Assembly (NCBI GenBank): GCA_951406725.2
Contig: OX597838.1
Span: 2,604,001-2,668,000 of the forward strand
Length of the DNA: 64,000 nt
Direction: 5' to 3'
Origin: Octopus vulgaris
Lineage: Eukaryota
Shown: piece after piece, positions 55,798 to 64,000 of the stretch
Position numbering within the stretch: the stretch's first letter is position 1
Layout of the letters: each line of letters opens with the position of its first letter
The notes under the pieces: model-generated
The model's input: only the letters and a program-made list of their open reading frames with translations
The model's database searches: none
Told to the model about the DNA's origin: nothing
Position numbers and translations under genes: made by a program

Positions 55798-55930
55798 CAC
55801 AACATTAACAGCCTTTTATTACATAACATTAACAGGTATTTATTACATAACATTAAAAACCTTTATATTAATTTCACGTTAACAGCCTTAAACGGGAACA
55901 TTAACGAAAATAAATCTAGCATTAATAGTG
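55798..55930. repeat. Degenerate tandem repeat with a unit of about 24 bp (acataacattaacag...tttatt)
   Basis: aacattaa-like words recur about six times. Confidence 0.7.
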
Positions 55931-56659
55931 AGAAGAACGATAAAGACATTTTTTTAACAGAAAAGCAATTTTCCGCACTGGGATTCTCCAAATTTCCCTC
56001 CAGGATTCTGGAAAGAACGCTCACCCACCCGGGGAGTTTTTATATTTTACTCCAGATTATGAATAGCAGACTTTAATGATTTCTTATCTTGATTTCAGAA
56101 AATCTTCCTCAATTTACAAATTGTGTGTATATATGTGTGTACGTGTATGTGTTGGAATTTTATGTGTGTACGTACTTTAGTATTCGTTTGTGTATATGTA
56201 AATCAGCGTTTATATGCACTAGGGTACTATCTGTCACATGACAGGTGACTTTGCGAATGTAATATTGCCGCCACGGATAATATAACAACACGAAATGCAT
56301 ACAATAATTATAACCTAACTTTTAACAGATTTCTTGGTCCTTTAACGAAATAATGAAATAAATACTAATTTTCAAATGAAAAATGTATTACTTCAAAATA
56401 TCACAGAACCAAGCAATATTAAAAGAAGAACGGAATGGAAATTGAATGCTAAATTACTCTCCACGTTCATTTTGTATCACACGACTTCTATCTCTTTCTC
56501 TTTCATCCTCACTATCCCTCTCTCACCTCTTTCTCCTTCTCTGTCACACCTCATATTCCCCCTCTCACATCTCTCTCTTTATATGCGATATAAAACGTGA
56601 CTGGAGAACCAACTAACTAAATAAACAACATTTATACCACTTATTACGTATGTGAATGT

Positions 56660-57215
56660 CAAATCGTACCCGGACCAATTTATTTGGCCAAGTTTTCACC
56701 TGGTCTCCTTCGAAATAGTTACCTAGCGGCCGAGAAGTCGTCATCCGTAAGCGAGTTAAGGACCTTCTGCGGTTCGCTCTTGATAGCATCTCAACATCAG
56801 TGTTAAAACAGGGACCTCTGAGCTGCATTTTCATCTTGGGAAAGAGATGGAAATCCACAGGTACCAAATCTAGCGAATAGGGCGGGAGGCGGAAGCAACA
56901 CAACGTGGTTTTTGGCGAGAAACTCATAAGTGAGGAGTGTTCGGTGACAGGGCGCATTTTCGTGGTGAAGAATTCTTCGCTTTCCAACAGATCCGGTAGC
57001 TTTCCCCGAAAATCCTCCCTCAAACGCTTCAAAACCTCGATGAGTGTCTTCCACCGATGCTCATGCGCAAGCTAATGAATGTTCTCTTCATTTCCGGTGT
57101 GACGCTCCTGGCAGGCCCTCTAGATCGCTTATCGGCTTCGAGGAAAGCTCTTCCGCTCTTGATGCACATGTGCCACTCGAAACATTGTGTACGACCAATT
57201 GCCTCGTCGCCGGAA
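56660..57215 (-). mobile_element. Internally deleted, decayed mariner (DD34D) element
   Basis: The HTH region GDEAIGRTQCFEWH..KSGR joins EVLKRLRED...ILHHENAPCHR...PPYSLDLVPVDFHLFPKMK...GNYFEGD (the HDNA and YSPDLAP.D motifs); frameshifted. Confidence 0.88.
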
Positions 57216-57391
57216 ACTATATATATATATATATATAAGTAGATGAATGAATTATCCTAGTATGGATAATTCGGTTAATCGATACCTGGGTAGCAAATTC
57301 ACGTCAGTAAAACACGGTTGAAGTTACATGCCAAGGGCCGAACCCCGTGTTCGTGTGTGGAAATGTGTGTGTTTTTGTATATGAATAAATA

Positions 57392-57495
57392 AAAAGAATG
57401 GAGTCGAACGAAGATTTTAACAAAATTCCTTTACTCTCGGCATATGTCGAAAGTAAAGGAATTTTGTTAAAATCTTCGTTCGACTCCATTCTTTT
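57392..57495. repeat. Near-perfect 104-bp palindrome with 44-bp perfect arms
   Basis: 57392-57435 is the exact reverse complement of 57452-57495; the centre ctcggcatatgtcgaa is itself quasi-palindromic. Confidence 0.97.
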
Positions 57496-57499
57496 CTTT

Positions 57500-57607
<108 letters not shown>

Positions 57608-57632
57608 GAATATATATATGCACGTGTGTGTG

Positions 57633-57666
<34 letters not shown>

Positions 57667-58074
57667 TCTATGTATATATATGTATGTATGTATGTATGTA
57701 TATATACACGCGCACACCTATAAGCACCTATATGCATACATAAGCATACATCTATGATTAACAATCGCCATCCTATACAGATATCTCGTCACATATTTCC
57801 TCCTGAGTTTCCTTATTCACACACAAACATATACACATTCGCACGCATACACAGACACATACATTCACACACACACACACACACCTCTATTGTCCTCACT
57901 ACCAGAAGCACCACATCTAGCACCATCGCCGCCGTCACCACCACCAACAACAACAACAACTACTACTACAACTGTGAGATTTTTGGCAACAGAACTTCAC
58001 CAATTACTACTCCCACCATCTCACCTCATCTCACTGCCACAATTCTTGGCTATTTTACCAGCCTGAACCAACAT

Positions 58075-58299
58075 TACCATCATCATCATCGACATTATAA
58101 CATCGTCATCATCATCATCATCATCATCACCATCGTCATCATCATCATTATCGTCATCACTGCCATCATATTTATCGTACTGCCATGTTCATCATACCAT
58201 CATCGTCGTTGTGATCATCGTCATCATCGTTATCACTATCATCATCATCGTTTATCATTATCATTATGATCATGAATGTCATCGTCATCGTCGTCATCG

Positions 58300-58331
<32 letters not shown>

Positions 58332-58451
58332 ATCGTCATCGTCGTGGTCATCATCATCATCATCGCTATCATCATCATCATCATCGCTATCATCATTATC
58401 ATCATCATCATCATCATCGCTATCATCATCATCATCATCATCATCATCGCT

Positions 58452-58483
<32 letters not shown>

Positions 58484-58569
58484 CACCACCATCATCACCA
58501 TCATCACCATCATCATTATCATCATCATCATCATCATCGCCATCATCATCATCATCATCGCTATCATCC

Positions 58570-58615
<46 letters not shown>

Positions 58616-58695
58616 TATCATCACGAATGTCATCGTCATCGTCGTGGTCATCATCATCATCGCTATCATCATCATCGTCGTCGTCGTCGTCGTCA
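58075..58695. repeat. Long (CAT)n/(CGT)n trinucleotide tract with an internal higher-order duplication
   Basis: Directly visible; ca(t/c)gaatgtcatcgtcatcgtcg occurs at about 58271 and 58622. Confidence 0.95.
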
Positions 58696-59590
58696 TGTCT
58701 CTATTAATTCCTTGTTTTTCTTCTTCCTTACGCCAATATGATTGTTCCCAATCGGAATCCCGGAGCAATCGCTGATTCATGGTTCGATCTTCTGCTTCTC
58801 TTCCTGATTCATTCTCTCGTTTTCCATTTTACGATATTTAAAGCATTAAATTGAATTTTTAAAACTAATTTCCGTGTTGATTAAAAAAAAAAAACGACGG
58901 GACAGTGAGCAAGTTCGATTCCTTCTCGAGTCAGCCACCACAAAAGTCTTCCCAATTCCCTGTTTGTCAAACACACGTCAAACACCCAAATGTCTGAACG
59001 AAATGCATTTTTCAACGATACAGAAACAACACAAAACAAAAGAAACCATCCTAAAATGAAATAACTGCAGAAGAATTTATCCCCAACAAAGAGAATGGTT
59101 ATCGATGTTTAAGAAGACTCTTCGAGGTTATTTATCGTTTCAATTTAATGGTTATATTCAAGTAATGTATTGAATTTCAACTAATTTGTTTCCTCATATA
59201 TACATCGATAAATCATATATCAAAACTATAAATCATGTATCAAACTTAAGCATCGGTCTTAGCACACATTTCTATTGGTAGATTTTAATGGCTTTTAAAA
59301 TATGACAACTATAATGAATATATTATATATGACCTTGTATTATATGCTGAGATGTGTGCGTATAGTTTTATGCATGTGTGTGTGTTTCTGACTGTGTGTA
59401 TTTATGTATGTAGGTATGTATGCATGCACGCACACTCACATACACACACACATATTGTATTTTATCGCAGGCCAATGGACAAGCGTAACCGCACATCATA
59501 CATCATGTGGGGTGTAATACACATTTTTACAAACATAACCATGTATGTAAATGTATATACATATACATATATATATATATACATATATAT

Positions 59591-59697
<107 letters not shown>

Positions 59698-59920
59698 CAT
59701 ATGTCTACATATGGATGCATATGTAGATGTATGTGTAAATGTATGTATAGACACACACAAACACACACACATACGCACACACACACAAACATACATGTAT
59801 ATCCGTAAGTATGTATGTAAAATTAATTCCGCATACATGAAAATATAAGCATAAAATATTAGATATAAACATAAACACACACATACATAAATGTATATTT
59901 CTATATGTGTATGTGTTTTC

Positions 59921-59979
<59 letters not shown>

Positions 59980-60070
59980 TACGCATATTCGCTTCCCAAC
60001 CCGCAAGCACACACGCGTGCGTGAGTAAATGTGGTTACGTAGGTTTTTGCGTATATGCGCATGTATGTAG

Positions 60071-60119
<49 letters not shown>

Positions 60120-60276
60120 TACATATATATATACACACGCATCTCCGTCTGTGTGCGTACGTATGCTGCTACTGCTTCGACTAATACAATATAAGATCTA
60201 TTCCCAACAAATCTCTTGATCCCTCAATCGCGCCGGAATTACTGTACACTCAAGAGAATATCGATGAATGAGTATG

Positions 60277-60316
<40 letters not shown>

Positions 60317-60317
60317 T

Positions 60318-60350
<33 letters not shown>

Positions 60351-60476
60351 ATGCGTGTGTGCATGTGTGTATGTGCGTGTGTGTTTGTGCGTTTGTGTGT
60401 GTTATGCCACTTCGAAATAATCCTTATAATTATTATTATTATTGTTGATATATATATATGTACATATATAAATATA

Positions 60477-60518
<42 letters not shown>

Positions 60519-61319
60519 TGCATTCATTTATATACATATATATACATTCATACCTATTTACATAAATATAACATATATATACATGCATACATACATATAG
60601 ACATCCATGTGTATGTATATATGTGTGTGTGTGTATATATGTATGTATATGTATGTATATGTGTGTCCGTTTGCTTGTCTCCCTTTTAGTAAAGTGTTAT
60701 TCCACAAGTTGTTCGTTAATGAATTGCTATTTTCTATAATATTACCATTCTGGAAATAGAAACTTCATCGCAAAATGTTGTTGTTGTTCCTCTTATTGTT
60801 ACTATCACTGCTGCTGCTGCTGTTCTTGCAGTTATTGTACATGGTTTGTGTAGGCTTGATAGGTCTCCCGCCTTTGGTGTGTGAATGTCTGTTCTATCTA
60901 TATTTATATGTTTTTTCTTGGGGGTGTGGAATGGATCTTCTTGTAACTGTAGTTTTTTTAGCTCAACGTGAGCAGCTGTTGTTACTAGCGGTGCTGGTAT
61001 AGATGTGTGTGTTTGTGTGTGTGTGGCGTGTATCGGGGGGGGGGGACAATTGTGTGTGGCGTGTGTGTGTGTGTGTGTGTGTGCGTGTGCGTGTGTGTGT
61101 GATTGATTATAGATTGTACGACCGTTTCTTTAATTGGTCCAATTCGATATGAAACTATAACAATAAAAGACCGAGAGAGAGAGAGAGAGAGAGAGACCAA
61201 GAGTGAAAGAGAGTGAGAGACAAACTGACACACAGACTGACAGATAGACAGACAGGTAATAGATAGATAGTTAATCGAATTATCTAGCTATCGCTTCTCT
61301 AACCACTAAACCATTTTTA

Positions 61320-61493
61320 TTTTCTCTCCCTGTTTATTTCCGTGTTCCTTTCTGTCGAAGAGCGTAGGCTCGAAACGTAAAAGTCTTTATCACGTCCGAG
61401 CGTTAAACTAATACATCTGTTTGTTGTTTACACTCCCGTCTTCGTCTTTTGTTGTTGTTTTTTTTTTGTTGTTTTTTTTTTGTACACTCTCAC
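61320..61493 (+). mobile_element. Dispersed repeat (probable Penelope-like pLTR fragment) carrying a variant minimal hammerhead-like motif
   Basis: Partial second copy at 27251-27342; both end at a microsatellite; motif at 61348-61383. Confidence 0.6.
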
Positions 61494-61594
<101 letters not shown>

Positions 61595-61598
61595 GGAC

Positions 61599-61674
<76 letters not shown>

Positions 61675-61750
61675 GCAACGCCCGGCCGGAAATCGAACTG
61701 ATGACCCAACAATCGTTAGCCGCGCGTCCCACCACTAAGCCATTCGCCCT
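61675..61750 (-). mobile_element. tRNA-like SINE head (family C-related)
   Basis: Minus strand gggcgaatggcttagtgg...gttcgatttccggccgggcgttg has A and B boxes but no complete cloverleaf. Confidence 0.65.
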
Positions 61751-61844
61751 CGCAGCGCCTTCATTAAGGCTTGGCAATTAACCTGAAGAGGAGAAAACAA
61801 TAGACGCAAATGTTTTATTAACATTCTGTGCAATAAGATAATAG

Positions 61845-62286
61845 TCCTTTCTAGAAATGCAGAAATTGGTGGGGAGGGCGCCTAGTCGATTACGTCGACC
61901 CCCAGTACTCAGCTGGTATTCACTTTATCGACCCCGAAAGGACGAAAGGCAAAGTCGACCGCAGCAGGAATTGAAATCAGAACGTATAAATCCGGAAGAA
62001 TTGCTGCTGAGCGTTTTGTCCAGCTAGCTAACGACTCTGCGAGCTCATCACACCCTAAATAATATCAATTTCAAATTTTGGCACAAGGCCAGCAAGTCTG
62101 GGGGAGGAGACAAATCGGTTACATCGACCCTAATGCATAACTGGTATTTATTTCATCGACCCCCCCCCCCCGAAAGGGATGAAAAGGTAAGTCGACCTTG
62201 ACGGGATTTGAAATCAGAACGTAAAGAGCCGGAAGAAAAGCTGCTAAGCATTTTGTCCAGAGCGCAAACGGTTCTGTCAGCTCACA
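61845..62286 (-). mobile_element. Two tandem diverged SINE family B copies (about 61845-62049 and 62070-62286)
   Basis: Each has tcgaccc...ctggtatt...atcgacccc..gaaagg...aagtcgacc...gaaatcagaacgta. Confidence 0.85.
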
Positions 62287-63309
62287 CGCTTAATAATATT
62301 AAGAGCAATAACCAATATTCATCATGTTCTCAATATTGCCACCCAATTTTCTACTCCATCAACAGTTACACCTCCATATTTCTGAGGTATACGCAGCCAT
62401 GTGGGCAGGGCACCTACGCCTACATTTGTCTCCTCCATTAGTTTTATTGCAGGTTTATTTTGTTGTTTCTGTTGTTATTTTAATACTTGTTGTTGTAGTT
62501 ATTATTGTTGTTGTTGTTGTTGTTGTAGTGTCTGCGTTGTGTGGTTTTTATTTATTATGTTGTATAGTATTTGTATTTCGTATGTGATATGTGTTGTATA
62601 ATCAGTGTAATGTGTGTTAATGTCGGAAGGTGGTTCTGTAGAATATGTACACCACCGCCGCTGCTGCTGCTGCCGCTGCTATCTTTGTTGTTGTTGTTGT
62701 TGTTGTGATGCTTTTTATATTAATGGATGCCAACAGTAAAGCGAGGATTGTTGGCGATTCTCTATCTTATTCATATTATTATCAATAACATTCTCTTTTC
62801 CTTTTTTTTTTTTCATGCCGAAACAAATTTTATTTTCAATATTAGGGTCCAATTTATCATCCTATCATTGGAATTATAGAATGGATATTGCTCTGAAAGT
62901 CTTTGAATGTGCGATGCTTCTCTCTCTCTCTTGCAATAAAATCCCCTTTTTTCTTCCATTTTTTGTTTTTGCATTTTCACAAAAAATTTTCCTACTGACT
63001 GGCTTTTAAAATTTCTATAGTAATCAGCGAAACAGCAAGAGCGAAAAATTGTTAATGTGTTTTTCGTGTTTGTACGTTTGTCGTTTTTTTTATGTTTATT
63101 TTTATTTTCTTTCTCTCTCTCTCTCTCTCTGTTTCTTCCTTTCTTCCTTCCTTCCTTTCTTTCTTCCTTCCTTCCTTCCTTTCTTTCTTTCTTTCTTTCT
63201 TTCCTTTGTAGATTCTCTATAGACAAATTGTACAGAACTCAAAAGTTTGACTTTGTTATATTTGTCAAATGTCGTTCTGACATAATCCTTATAGATGAAT
63301 AATTAGTCT

Positions 63310-63325
63310 CCGAGAGATGGCGCTG
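63310..63325 (+). promoter_or_regulatory. CTCF-like motif ccgagagatggcgctg
   Basis: Matches the CC...AGATGGCGCTG form of the CTCF core; same orientation as the 17265 site. Confidence 0.4.
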
Positions 63326-63381
63326 TTTGTTTGACCTTTTTAACATTGCAACTCCAACCACCTCAACATCTACCTCGCCAA

Positions 63382-63451
<70 letters not shown>

Positions 63452-64000
63452 CACACACAGACTCATCCACACATACACAAACACACACCTCAACGCAAAC
63501 ACTCACACACGAACAATACAATATTCTTTATTTCTCTCCAACACAAGACATCTTCCAATCCAGTTCTGAATGTTGTTTTATTTTCTTTTATATTGTTGTA
63601 AAGAATTCGTTCGTTTTAGAAATGGCGAGCTGTTTGTATGTCGACGTCGATGTCAACTCTCCATCGATGACTGTGTTTGAATTGATGAAATATTATATTA
63701 CACTATAATATCATTTTGTATTAGTAACAGCAGCAGCATTGTAGTCCGACCTAAAGTTGTTGTATAAGTTTGACCTATTTAATTAACACATAACCTCGCC
63801 AACTTGCAAACTTTCATCTTTACAACGAAAGCGATAAATTTAAATAGATTCGCTCAGCTCTGTTATCAATATATATCTTTTGCTTTTATAGTCTTATAGT
63901 AAAACGCTTTTTAATAGCTGTTTCTGTGAAACTCAAGCTCGTCCGGTCTTGCTACGAACATTAGATATTTGTGTTGACGTCAGTGAAATACCTTCCAGAT

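Noticed and set aside
61675-61750. Possible tRNA gene
   Set aside because: A and B boxes are present, but the cloverleaf is incomplete and the sequence matches the SINE family C head.

Overview
Eukaryotic, AT-rich, microsatellite-saturated non-coding DNA. The repeat repertoire (three tRNA-derived SINE families, Dong/R4-type LINE 3' ends in (TAA)n, decayed mariner/maT/hAT/Merlin-like transposases, Penelope-like fragments) and the density of (TA)n/(TACA)n/(GATA)n/(CA)n tracts suggest an octopus genome; this is inference and the species cannot be fixed from sequence alone. No intact host protein-coding gene is supportable. Almost all ORFs in the track are translations of simple repeats, and the recognisable coding similarity is transposon debris plus one weak exon candidate (8089-8249, minus). 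The unexplained signal is structural. (1) Fold-back inverted duplications of different ages are centred on or next to (TA)n tracts, including a nested A-B'-A'-B template-switch structure. (2) Two long inverted repeats in unique sequence (32496-32728 and 48176/49932) could form dsRNA. (3) A 62-nt pre-miRNA-like hairpin lies at 27714-27775. (4) Several repeats carry structured-RNA or ribozyme-like modules: a variant minimal hammerhead at 61348-61383, a pseudoknotted module at 45017-45163 and a multi-hairpin RTE-like leader at 42118-42440. (5) There are candidate regulatory islands: a YY1/ETS/CG island at about 40.8 kb, CTCF-like motifs and recurrent YY1 consensus sites. All alignments and folds were done by eye and none were computed.
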